This document shows positions 11,750 through 24,354 of a DNA stretch of 64,000 nucleotides, one piece after another; position 1 is the first letter of the stretch, and each line of letters opens with the position of its first letter. The DNA is from Geosiphon pyriformis uo1 (Eukaryota > Fungi > Glomeromycota), in contig JAAOMT010000128.1 in NCBI GenBank assembly GCA_016748015.1, positions 999,538 to 1,063,537 on the forward strand, written 5' to 3'. Below the pieces are notes generated by a model that saw only the letters and a list, made by a program, of their open reading frames with translations, searched no databases and was not told where the DNA came from. The position numbers were made by a program, and so were the translations under genes.

Positions 11750-14700
11750 CTTGATTTTTGCTGATTATTTGAGTCAGTATTACCACAACAGGCAACCAAT
11801 CAGGTTGTTTATAATATTTCTTAAGTCATGTACTATGAATAAGACAATCATTAAAGATTGTTCCAGATTAATCTTGAAGAATATAAGAGCTATTGTTCAA
11901 AACTTTGTTGACTATAAAAAGTTTTTTCCATCAGCTAGAGAATTTATTATCATAAACATTGTCTCTGTTAGAATGGTATTCTAGTACCAAGTTACCAACA
12001 CTTAAAAAAACTGTTTTATTGGTTTTCTTTCTTTTGAGCTTTTCTTGGAACTGTTTTATTTTTTCAAAAGCAATTATTTGTGCTTCTACCAAGGAGTCAA
12101 GAATGGTACTAAGTTATTTTTGCAAAAATGTCTTTGTAATTTCCTATTATGATTTCTTCAAAGAGTATTGTTTCAATGTCAATTTCTATTAGTAGTGTTG
12201 TCATGCATCCATAGAGCAGATAAAAAGGTTTATAACTTGTTATGTTATGATTCACAGTTCTATAAGCAAACAAAGCTAAAGGCAGTACTTTGTCCTATAA
12301 GTTTGTTTCTTCACTGGTTTTGGCTAGGGTTTTACATAGTGTTCTATTGAAACATTCCACTAGACCATTTGTTTGGAAGTAATAAGAGGAGAAAAGTTTA
12401 TGACGTATTCCCATTTTTCTACAAAGTTTTTCAACCAGTGTACTAAAAAAAGCTCTTCCTCTATCAGATAAAAGTTCTTTAGGGCAGTTATGATGGCAGA
12501 TAATATCTTCATAAATAAAATTAGCTATTGAGACTGCTGTTTGGTCTGGGGTGGCTCTTGCTTCTACCCACTTTGTAAGATAATCAGTAACTGTAATAAT
12601 ATATTTGTTGCTATCAGAAGTTATTGTTAAAGATCCAACAACATCTATACCAATTCTGTCAAATAGTTGACCAACAGAGATTGGATGGATATCTTCTTTG
12701 CGATTGGGTTTGCCTCTTTTTTGGCAGATGTTACAAGTTTTGATGTATTCAGCAATGTCCTTTCCCAAGGTAGACTAATAATAGTGAGCTAAAGTTTTCT
12801 GAATTGTTTTTGTTTTTCCAAAGTGTCTAGCTAATGGGTTAGTATAAATGTTGTATATTACAATTTCTTTTTCTTCAAATCTGATGACTTTTTGAGGGTA
12901 GTCAAGATTTTTTCTGTTTCTTTTGTATAATTGGTTTTGGCAGATCAAATAGAAATTTGATTGTTTGCACAAATGTTCTCTTTGTTGTCGAGTGTATTCT
13001 AGTGAGTATTGTCTTTTACCCAAAAATTCTATTAAAACAGAGTAGTTGTCCAAGTCTATTATCATGTTTGTTTGTGGAGGAGTTATTAATAATTAAGTTG
13101 GTTTGGTTTGAGAGATTGTACTATCATTGGATGATAAGTTTAAAGAAAGCATCAGCATTTTGATGATTTGTTTCTTTGTGGTGTTGAATATTATAATCAA
13201 ATTCATCCAAATAGAGTATCTAGCAAGTTATTCATTTGTGTTCTAGCTTTTTTTTATTGTGCAGCCAAACCAAGACTTGATGATCTGTTACTACTAAGAA
13301 TTTTGCACTAAGAAGATATTGATCCTAGTAGCTAATAGCCCAAACTACTACTAGACATTCTTGTTCAGTAACTAAATAGTTCTTTTCTGCTGGTATAAAG
13401 GATCTATTGGCATATGTTATGACATGTTCTCTGCCATTTTCATCTTTTTGTGAAAGGACAGCACCAAGTCTATAGCCAGATGTATCAATATAGAGAATAA
13501 AAGATTGGTTCAAATCAGGTTGCTTAAGAATTGGTTTAGTAACAAGTTTTTCCTTCAGAATTTTAAAAGCTTTTTGTTGATAAGTGTCCCAGTGATAATT
13601 GACATTTTTTCTGAGTAGTTGATTGAGAGAAAAAGCAATTTTAGAGAAATTTTTGATAAATTTGCAATAGTAAGAGACCAAACCAAGAAAAGAGCATAGT
13701 TCAGAAACATTCATTAGTTGTCTAATATTCTGAATTTTTTTAACTTTGGCTGGGTCAGAGAAGATTTCATCTTTTGTAATAAGATGACCAAGGAACTGGA
13801 TAGATTGGCATTCAAAAAAAGATTTGATTGAGTTGATCTTGAGGCCAGCATTTCTAAGCAGATCAAAAATCTTCTGTAAATGTTTAAGGTGTTCATTCCA
13901 GGTTTTTGAATAGACCATTATGTCATCTAAGTAGACCAGAACAAAGTTTTCTTTTACTGATTCAAATACTTTGTCTATTAAGCATTAAAAGGTGGGAGGA
14001 GCATTGGTAAAACCAAAAGACATGACTGTAAATTCATAGGTGCTGTACTTGGTAATAAAAGCAGTTTTTTTTCTGCTTTTTGGATCCATTTCTACTTGTC
14101 AGAATCCAGCAGTTAAGTCAATGGTTGAGAAAAAAGCAGCACCATTGAATTTATCTAGCATTGCATCAATTTTGAAAAGTGGGTACATGTTTTTTATAGT
14201 AATAGCATTTAATTGGCAGTAGTCAACACAAAAGTGTAGGGTTCCACCTTTCTTGGATACCACTACAACTGGAAAAGCATATTCACTCTTGGTTTCTTGT
14301 ATGAATCCAAGATTTTTCATCTGGTTTATCTTTTTCTTGATAAACTCATCATTGTGTCTATTAGATTGATAAGGCTTTAAATGAATGAGACAAGTTTTTT
14401 TTGTGGTGATGGTGTGTTGTATCACATGGGTTTGTCCAGAGGTATCACTTTCTTTTGAGATAACTGGGCTATTTTTAGCCAACAGATTTTCAATGTCCAC
14501 TTTTTTTTCTTCAGAAGAAGATTCTCTTTGTTCTATAACTAATGATTGAATTTCAGGTGGTTCATTCTCAAAAGACTTTTGTACTTCTTTAAGTTCTTCT
14601 TGAGGTATCAAGCTAATTGGTTCCCAATCTTTGTAATAGATTAGGCAGAATTTGCATTCATTACTTGGCAAATACAAAGATTTATTACACCAGTACTGTG

Positions 14701-15360
14701 CACAAGGACCATACTACCAATAACTGTATTTGGCTTTCTTGCCAGGTTTTCTGTTAAAGATTCTTCTGAGAATATCATAGTAGGGCCAGCAGATCAGCTT
14801 GCCATTTACCATGATTTTTTTTTTGTCAGCTTTAATATTGTCCAGTGGTTTGTCATTGCTGATAAAGATAGTATAGATGAGTTTAGCAGTTTCTTTTTGT
14901 TCTTCTTGATCTTCTTTTTTATTGCTTTCATCATCATCTGACTTATTTGATTGTTCTTCTTCTTGGTTTTGTTTGGGTACTGGAGGAGTTGTTCAATGAT
15001 AGCACTTAACCACAATAGGTTTTTTACCACTTCTGATGGTTAGTTCACAGAGTTTATAATCAAGCAAGGCTTTTGCTTTTTTAAGTCATTTATTGCCAAC
15101 TATTATGGTGTATTTTTTGACTTCAGATACTTCCATGTCAGTTTCAATACTGATGCCATTAATTCGGACAGAAACAGCTTTGGCTATGTCCAGATCTTTC
15201 TTCTTGTTACCATGTACATTAGTCATTGGTCTTGTGGATGGTTCATTAATTTTTCTGCCAATTGCTTCTAAAAAGTGTTTGGCAATAATACTAACAGATG
15301 ATTTACTGTCCAGGATCAGATCAATGAAATAACCAGCCACTTGGGCTTTACAAATAAAAG
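11750..15360 (-). pseudogene. pol of Gypsy B (protease, RT, RNase H, integrase)
   Basis: LILDSKSS; FSTIDLTAGF; YLDDI; DTSGYRLGAVL; HFG and CNICQ; IGIDVVG, SDRG, GLVE. No chromodomain seen. Confidence 0.93.
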
Positions 15361-15799
15361 GGGTAACATTGCTGTTGTCAGCAAGTCCAGCTTGACGTGA
15401 GCATTTGTTGGTCTTTGGTGTTTTTTTCTTAAGTATTAATGATTTATAAAGATCTTTTCTGAATTGTGGGTGGGTTATTAGTTGGCCAAATGTAATGTGT
15501 GCTGGGGTTTCCATGAGATCTTTAACAACAGAATAAGGACCAGATTTTTGTACTATTTCTGGGGGTTCCAACTTTGGAGAATTCTTGAAAACTTTGGTCT
15601 TTGGTGGCTCATTGTTATTAGCAGATGATTTGAATGCTTTGTTTGGATCCAAGATAAAATCAACCTTGGCTTTCTTCTTCTTTCTGGTTGATTCAAAGGT
15701 GTTGATTATTAGTTCATCCATATTATGGTCATCATTAGTTAGATTAAAAGCATAAAAGAGATTTTTTTCTGGTTGGCTTCCACTTTCATCCTTTGGAGG

Positions 15800-17364
15800 T
15801 GTACTTACCAGTTTAAAGGCTGATAAACAGTGGCTTTAACTAAGGGATCCTCTTCAAAGAAATTGATGTTAGCATGATTGGATCTTTGATTGAGGACATT
15901 GTTGTTGATGGTTCTGTTGTTTTGATTGTTATTGTTTTTAGAAGCTGGAGGAGACAGGGGAGGATTGTTACAATCTCTGGAAAAATGTTCAGTTAATCCA
16001 CAATGATAACACACAAGTGGGCCACGATTTTGTTGTCTTTGATATGAAGATTGCTGAGGTTGATTAAAATGGGATTCAAATCTGGGTCTTTGGAGTTGTT
16101 GATTCTTTCTGACAGCTTGGGCTAAGAGTTCCAGTAACCAGGCAAGATTAGCTGTGAGTCTATCTATTAACTGTTCATTTGGGTCTTAAGTTTGGGCAGC
16201 AAAAGAGGCAGCAGCCATTTGTGGAGCTGAAGCCATGGCAGAAGCAGGAGCAAAAACAAAAACCGGAAGTGTGGATCCCAAATGCATCTTTTGGTTATCT
16301 TTAATTCTTTGTGCCAGTTCAATAGCCATATTCATTGTTGGATTGTCTTTTAAAGCCAAGAGAGGCCAAAGAGCATACAATATATCAGTTCTTAATTCTT
16401 TTGTAAAGGAATAGATCTTTTGTTCTTCTGTCCAGTTTCTCCCAAAGTCTACATGTTTGATTAGCTTTCTGATAGCTTTGGCATATTCAGTCACTACTTC
16501 TCCAAAGTCTTGGATTCTTCTTTCCAATTCCATGTGCCATTTGGATATTAATATTGGGGTTCTGAACTTGGTCTCAAACTGGGTAGTAAAAGAGGTATTT
16601 TCTTTTCCAGCATTGGTTGGTGTTTATCTGATTATTTAGTATTAAGCATTGGCATCTGTTTTTTGTAAAAACCAAGTAGCAGGAGAGTCTTGGAAATAGC
16701 CACCAACAATTTGAAACTTGTATTCTTCATCATACTGGTTGGCTGTGGCAGTTCTTTCAAAGTTGTCCAATCATTTAATTGGATCTTGTGCATCACCTCT
16801 AAACAAGAGTAATGGAGTGTTGTTTTTTCTTCCCAAAGCAGTTTGTATGCCTTAGAGGGCAGTTAAGATGTTTGCTTGCATGGGGTCATTAGCCATTAGT
16901 TCAGGCATAACTGTTTGAGTAAAATGATCTGATTTACTTGAGAAGAGGTCAAAAACAAGAGTAGTTTGATAGTTTTTTTCTTCTGTTTCAAGAGGAGTTT
17001 CAGTTGCTTGATGGGTAGCAATCTAAGTATAGATTTAATGATTCAGATATTCAAAATCAGGGGGCTGTTGTTTAAAGATTGTGGAATATAAAAGCTGATT
17101 GATGCTGTTGTTTTTTTTTTTAAAGTTGTCTTCAAAATAAGCTTGATCAAAATAATAAGTTGTATAGGCTGTGTAGGTTTTAGCTGAATGCTCATTCAGG
17201 AACCAGTTTCAAAAATCTTGGAATTGTTTACTGGATTGATCTTCAATAGAGAAGCAAATCAAGCAGGAGAGCAAAGAATTGAGTTTAATAAAGTCTAGAT
17301 TGTTTTTGTTATGTGCTTTAAAGTGTTCTTCTAATTGTTGTGGCAGGTATGAATAATTACCCAT
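15800..17364 (-). pseudogene. gag of Gypsy B
   Basis: ATG at 17364 after the PBS, RIQDFGEVVTEYAKAIRKL capsid-like region, CYHCGLTEHFSRDC zinc knuckle. Confidence 0.85.
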
Positions 17365-17393
17365 ACAATAGAAAACAGAGTGGATTTTGACAA

Positions 17394-17410
17394 CCTCACA
17401 GGAAGCACCA
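17394..17410 (-). other. Primer-binding site of Gypsy B (elongator tRNA-Met-like)
   Basis: TGGTGCTTCCTGTGAGG, complementary to a tRNA ending CCUCACAGGAAGCACCA. The tRNA identity is inferred from recalled eukaryotic tRNA-Met 3' ends. Confidence 0.8.
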
Positions 17411-17416
17411 CTTTTA

Positions 17417-18104
17417 TGTTATGGGTTGGAGTAATAAGCTAACAGATAGCAAGAGAGAACAAGATTGTAGGGTAATGGAAATAATCAAAGAGAATTCAAC
17501 TTCAAAGAGCAAATTGAATAAGTATAGATTTAATATGTAAGATCAGTCTCATAAAATATCTCAGTCACTATTCTTTTCAAAAGATAACTAGCGAATCTGA
17601 AAGTAGAGAGATAGTCTGTATTGTTAACAAATGATTACATTTGGTATAATTCTATGTCTCACGTCAGTGCTCTTAGAATTTAATATCAAGTATTAAATGT
17701 GCTTTTCAGTCATGTTTTATTCAATAATTTTTAAATATTATACTTATACATTTCAGGAAAAGAGTAAAAAATAACCAACAAATAATCTTTTATCCCAAGA
17801 TGTTTGGATATTTGAAGATAGAGAAAAAGAAATTATTAATAAAAGAGTGATTGAGATAAAAGTTGTTATTTTATTTATTCTTGATTATTTTGAACATGCT
17901 TTTCTACAGCTAAGAGATTCATCACTTATATAGCTGTCAAAAGTGGTCAATGATTAGGTCAACAACTAGGTCAATAATCAGGTCAACGGTCAGGTTATTG
18001 ATCAGATTAATAATTATTATCTAAAAATAGAGTGGCTAATTTATATGACATCAGTGGCTAATACATGTGATAATTAATAAGAAGTATAAGTTTTAACCAT
18101 AACA
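17417..18104 (-). repeat. 5' LTR of Gypsy B
   Basis: Direct repeat of 10402-11077, adjacent to the PBS. Confidence 0.93.
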
Positions 18105-18965
18105 ATATAATACTAAAAATACCAATAGAAATTTCCAAAATTTCAGAAATTTTAGAATAACTTAAAAAAATTTTAAAAATTTATGCATATATAATAAAAG
18201 TATTAAAAAAAAAGCAAAAAACAAAACAAGTTTACTTTGAAACTAGTCTAGTTACTTTTATTTTAAATTACACTACAAATAATAAAATATTATCTTATAT
18301 ATTAATTAATAAATTCAAAATTATCTTATTAAAATTTACATTATAGTTATTTTAATATAATTAGTATTTATAATAACTACTTAATAACATTAGAACAATA
18401 GCTTTTAATTATAGTTATTAATAAGATATTAATTGCTTTATTATTTTATTATTTATGTTTTATTTAAATTTACTAATTGAATATAGAAAAAGTATTAAGA
18501 TTATGATATCAAAAATTATCTTGTAAAAGATGTTAGAAAAAAGCATAAATATAGTCAAAAACTAAAATTGTTTACCAAAAAAATGTAAATACTAAAATAA
18601 ACTAGTTACTATATCAAGAAAACTTAAATTAATTACCAACTATTATTTATTAAATCTTTGTTTATTATATAAAAACTCTTATCTAAAATTTTTGAATTAA
18701 TCTTCAGAGTATATTATTATTAACCAAAACACCAAATTACAAAACTACTAAACAACAAAATTTAACTGTAATAATGTTTTTAAAAAAATTTAAAATTAAC
18801 TACTAATTATTTTTAATAAAATTAGTATTTAAAAAAAAAGTTGATTCAAAATTCACAAAAGCAAACTTTTACAAAAAACTTAAACAATACACTAATTGTT
18901 ACTAATTTTACAATTTTACAAATACTCTAATAAAAATTTATTCAAAATTTACAAATATATTCAAA

Positions 18966-21364
18966 AATTTTTTTTTTTATTAGTTTAACAAATACAGTCT
19001 AACCACTATCTAGCATACAAAAACAAACAAGATGAATCAAACTAAATATGACTTATGTGCTTTTTACACATGATCAATTACTCAGGCCAATCAAGACAAC
19101 ACTACACATTCACAAAGACTCTATTACCATTATCCAGCCCTGAAAAAAACAAACATTAACTTCTAAAACCAAAACTAACAGCAAAAGACTCAATTATACC
19201 AAGCATGCAAACCACACCCTCAGATAACAGACTAGACAAACCATGTAAAAGAACAAAGAATTCACCTGTGTCACAAACCAAACCACTTTTTTTCATATCA
19301 ACTCTAAATTTAGATCTCAACAACTATGCTCTACTATGATGACTCTTAGTTAAATGATGAACAAAATTGACAACAATAGAAATGGCACTCTTTCTATTAC
19401 CAAAGACAGCAATGGCCTCTCTAACCCAATCAACGAAAACAAAACCTTTGCACAACTTCATATACACATTGTCATCCAAGGCCTCCATGAGAGTAAGAAG
19501 TACTGAAGACAAAACTGAGAAACAATTACTCACCAAAGACTTTCACAAGTCAACATGATCGGAAATAACCTCAAAGTGCACTACCAGATCAGTAGAGCAC
19601 ATAAAAGCATGGTCAGAGAATTCAACTTCTGTACACATCAAGCACAAAATACTCAGATAGCACTTGTTATACAGTCTTTTTCAGATAACTACTGGCAACC
19701 TCCTATGCACAGCCTTTATTAGATAAGTACACAATGCAGCTGAATTTTTATTAGTAAAACCTGCCAACATATGAGAGTCTGGGTGCCAAACAGAGGTGGT
19801 ACACTTCTAGTCAATATGCCTGATGTCCAAACTGTCCAAAACATTTACTCCAGGTCCAGCCTCCCATAAAACCCGGTTTATAGCATAATATATGTCATGA
19901 ACAAAATGCCTAGCATTACCAGAAATGGCAAAACCATCTACTATGAGGAATCTATCAGAAATGCCAACTGGAAGAGCTAAATTGAAGTGTACTATAGCAT
20001 GAGCAAAAGCATCTACATGATTATTGCCCATGATGCTTGAATGTTCTTTCACCTTAACCCATCTCACTGAAATGTCTTTTAATCTAATTAAATTAGAAAT
20101 ATGATGTCTTTCCATTCAGCAATGATTACAAAAGTTGGATTGGCATAATTTACTCTCCAGCACACAGGCATCCAAAGTCCCTTGGCTATCTGAATGAAGC
20201 ACCACAGAGCATGATGAAAGAATACACTCCAATGCCAAGACAATTGTCTGGAGTTCAACTAAAGTGGACGACAACAAACCCTGAACTCTTACACCCACAC
20301 CCATATCAACCTCAAAAAAAAAAACTGCTGCGCCACAAGCCACTTCGCCTATACCCAGACCACTCAATGAACCATTAGTATACACATTCAGTTCCCTAGC
20401 CCAAACTTCATGCAAATGCTTATAAATACACAAGTAATTATCTGAACAGAAAAATTCAGAGCAGCTTGCTCCAGTTTCGCTTATCCCAGAACTTGCCAAA
20501 AAGCCATTCACATGCACAAAAGCTCTTGTAAACCATAAAGGCACTGGGCCTCTAGGACTCAACTTTTTCCAATGCCAAAAGGTCTTCCAATTTATGACCT
20601 GACCATGCTTAGTAATCAGAACATCTTCAAAAGCAATGCCAAAGCACTTCAAAGAATGCACCACGTCAAAATAATCATTAGCTCTAAGAATTCTAGACAT
20701 CAGAAAACGATTAGTACCATAGAACACACAAAGTATATGATTGAACAAAGAAACATTTGTATCAATAAAAATTCTCACAACACTTGCCAGAAAGTTATTC
20801 AAGGAACACACTTTTAGTTTGACTGGATGACTCAAAGAATGAAGTGGAGTCCACTCTAAAACTTGTAAATTCAAAGCACAGTGCACAAACAAATGACCAA
20901 AAATCCCAGACACATTAGAAAAACCAATCACTGAGACAATTTTGAACTCAGTCTGTACCTGCTCGAAAGACTTCAGACCATACAATAATGAATGATATAA
21001 AGTTTTATTAGGAAAATCTTTTGGCAATAAAGCCTTAAACCTGAGACCTTTTCTGACCAGAACATCCCACCTTTGACACACCCTTTTAGTAACAAAACTG
21101 AACTAAGTGCAATAACAAATAATAGGCTAAAGGACTGCTGAAACCAAATAAGAAAACTGCTTATCTGATATAGCCTTCCTGAAGACCATATTAGAAAAAA
21201 ATCTAATATTTGCATAAGTCTTAGCAAGACTTGGCTTGAACAGGCCCTTTGTTGACAAAAAAATACCCAGGTATCTATGAAACTCACCACCTTTTGCTAT
21301 GAAAATAGGCCTACCACTAATTAACAAGGAAGCATTAACTACTCTTGGATTGATGGGAATGGTC
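18966..21364 (-). mobile_element. 5'-truncated LINE (RT C-terminus, RNase H, zf-RVT, 3' UTR)
   Basis: HRYLGVF-like motif (HRYLGIFLS), YTNGS..ELQTI..HSDSQ..KVKEH, conserved 3' UTR and poly(A). Confidence 0.9.
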
Positions 21365-23758
21365 AATTTTTTTTACTAATTATAAATAATAAAAAATATA
21401 AGATATTATCTTAAATACTAATTTTAATTTCTAAAAGATTAATTATATTTTTATAAAAAAAACCAAAAGTTATTTTGTTATTAAAATTATTATATTATTA
21501 TATTTTAAAAAATATAATTCAAATTTTATTGAAAATTGTATTAATATCTATTACAAAACCAAAGAATCTCAAATTTTTATTTTAAAATAACTCTAAAAAC
21601 AATAATTTATTTAAAAAATATGAAAAATATTTTAAAGAATTTTGATCAGTTATTTATATTTTTATTGTTGTAATTACTATTTTTTAATTTTAATTTTAGT
21701 TTTATTAGTATTAAAAAAATACTAAATCAAAAAAAAGTAAAAATCAAAAAAAACTTAAAAAAATTTAATTTTAAACTTATTACAATAAAAACTTCAAAAA
21801 CTATTTAAAATTTGATTATTTAAGATTTAATTATTTAGAATTTATTAAATTTAAATTCAATTATATTAATATATTTATTATTAATATTATTAATTATTAA
21901 AGTTTTTTTGTTATTAATTTTATTTTTGGTATATATATCTTTATTATTAATTATATTAATACTTATTACTTAACTCAAAAAATTTATTAATAAAAAAACA
22001 ATGTTTTAATATAACTTAATAATATAGAAAAAATTATTGTTATTAATAATTAAAACAATATCAAAGTCTTATAAACAATTTTATACTTTCTTTAAAACAC
22101 AACAGATTTGTAATATTAGAGTTTAATTACAAAATCCAATATATTTAATATTTTTAAAATAGTGTTTCTATAATATTTTAGCAATTATAATATTATTATT
22201 TGGTTATAAAAACATTTTAATACTATTAAACAAGAAAATAATAAAGCAATTACTATTTATTTAAGATGTTTTTATTGCTATTTGTATTAAATTCAGATAA
22301 TAAATATTAATTATTATACTAAATTACAGATTTTAAATTAGTTTATTAAAAGATTATATAACAATATCTTTTAATAAGTATATTTATTATGTTTAATTAA
22401 TCTTTAAGCAATAATTATATTGGTTAAAAATATTAAATTAGTTAAATTAAAAACAAATTATGATTAAGTTATTAATTTAGTAATTAATAAATTATATAAA
22501 CTGAATATCAAATTAAAATAATTTAATATTATTATTAATTAAAAATTAAAAAAATACTTAACTAATAATTAAGTTATATATTAATTTTTACAATAATATA
22601 AAAACAATTAAAATAACAATTATTGTTAAATTAATAATAACTACAAAAAATCTGAATTTGTAATTATTATTACAAATAAAATTATATTAAAATAAACTAT
22701 TATTTATTATGCTTTAACAATATTACTGAAAGTTTTTGGTTTTTTTTTTGAATATTATTAATATCTATTTACTATAAATTCACATTTTTTAAAAGCTGTT
22801 AAATTTTCAATAATTGAATTTATCTTTAAATTATCTCTTATAATTCGAATTGCTAAGACTTATAAGTAGAATAGCCAATTCTATACCAGTTATTTTATAT
22901 AGTTATTTTGTAGTAAAAATTAACTCTTTCTCAAAATTGTTCATTTGAAAATTTATTAAAAATATGTAGCTACTTTGCTGTAAAAGTCAACTCTTCTATA
23001 ATAATTTTATCTGTAGATTATTCTAATATATATAATAAAAAAATATAAAAGAAATAAAGAAATATAAAAGAAAAAAATTTTGTTAAAGAAATTATTTTTT
23101 GTTTAAGCTTAAAATCATTAACAAATTACTAAAATTGATAACTAATTAATTTTAAAATATTAGTTGGTTTTGGAAATTTACAAGTGAAATAATAAAAATT
23201 GAGTTTTTTAAAATATTTAATATTTTTATTTTTTTTGATATGTAAAAAATAATTGATTCTAATTAAAATAATTCTAAGTAAGATAATTTTAAGATAAAAT
23301 ATATTTTCTTGAAGAAAAAAGCTTTTTTTTTATATAACTTGTTATAATATTAGTCTATAAGCTTAAACTTTTTCTTTATTATAGTTTCAACAAACTAAAA
23401 ATATATTTTAACAAATTATAAGTTATTTTAACAAACTATTAACTATTTTAGTAAATTATTTATTATTTCTACAAATTTCTACAAATTTCAGCAAATTTTA
23501 AATATTACATAATTTGAAATATAATGTAATCTGATTATTTTATTTTTATTATACAAATTGAATTATTAATTAAATAGTAATATTTAAAAATTTGATTAAA
23601 TAATAAGTAATAATTAAAACAATATTAATATATGCTAATTAATGATAAAAATTATAAGGATAATTTTATGTTAATTAATGACTAAAATTCTATTAGTAAT
23701 ATAACCTTCTCCTTAAAACCGAGTTCTATTAAAGTTTAAGCACCATCTGTAATATCAA

Positions 23759-24077
23759 TGTTATAAGTAATTATTTAGGGTGTTAAAACAAATAATAAAT
23801 CTATAATGTAATGTTTAATAGCTATTGATGATAGTAATATTTAAAGGTTTTAGAGTTTAAAAATTTTGGTTGAGTCTTTTGTATAATAAACAGAGATTTA
23901 ATTGCTGGTTTCTTTCTAATTTCTGTTTTCAATATAATAATTAGTTTATTTTGGCAGTTATGCTTTTTTGGTAAGTTATTCTTAAGTTTTCTACTCTTGT
24001 TTTACAAATTTTTTATTAGATTATTCTTGATGTTAATTACTCAGTACTTAATTTCTTAATTAATTAATAAACAAGAA

Positions 24078-24108
<31 letters not shown>

Positions 24109-24350
24109 CAAAACAAAACAAAACAAAATAAAAAATTGGTATCTTATTAATAGCTATAATCAAAAGCTATTGATTTAGTGTAATTAAGTATCGAATTTTA
24201 TTAACTTAAATTGTTAATAATACAAAAATGACTAATCTTTCTTAATTAAGCAATAACAACATGAATTGAATGATAATAAATATTTTTATTAATATGAATA
24301 TGATTTTACTTCAAGTTATAGAAAACTATTTTTTTTAAAAAAAAGTATTG
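23759..24350 (-). repeat. Partial LTR-A
   Basis: Aligns with 5297-5760 and, as reverse complement, with 59390-59970. Its 5' part is missing. Confidence 0.8.
24080..24124 (+). repeat. (AAAAC)9 microsatellite within the LTR-A A/T tract
   Basis: Perfect pentamer run read directly from the sequence. Confidence 0.9.
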
Positions 24351-24354
24351 ATTT

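Larger units (their letters stand above)
10402..18104 (-). mobile_element. Full-length Ty3/Gypsy LTR retrotransposon, family B (degenerate)
   Basis: Two ~680-bp LTRs with TGTTATG...CATAACA ends, 4-bp TSD ATAT, PBS, PPT, and gag-PR-RT-RNaseH-IN order. Confidence 0.95.
10327..18773 (+). repeat. Solo LTR-A interrupted by Gypsy B
   Basis: 10327-10401 plus 18105-18773 rebuild an LTR-A (mutated TGTTAC start, TGTAATA end). TSD ATGC (10323-10326) / ATGT (18774-18777). Confidence 0.7.
9907..22740 (+). mobile_element. Old, extremely AT-rich Gypsy A relic (LTR end, PBS, gag) split by three later insertions
   Basis: 9907-10224 aligns to the 3' half of LTR-A, followed by a PBS/gag-start remnant to 10326. 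It resumes at 18778-18965 and 21365-22740, where it aligns to gag at 61250-61950. Confidence 0.7.
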
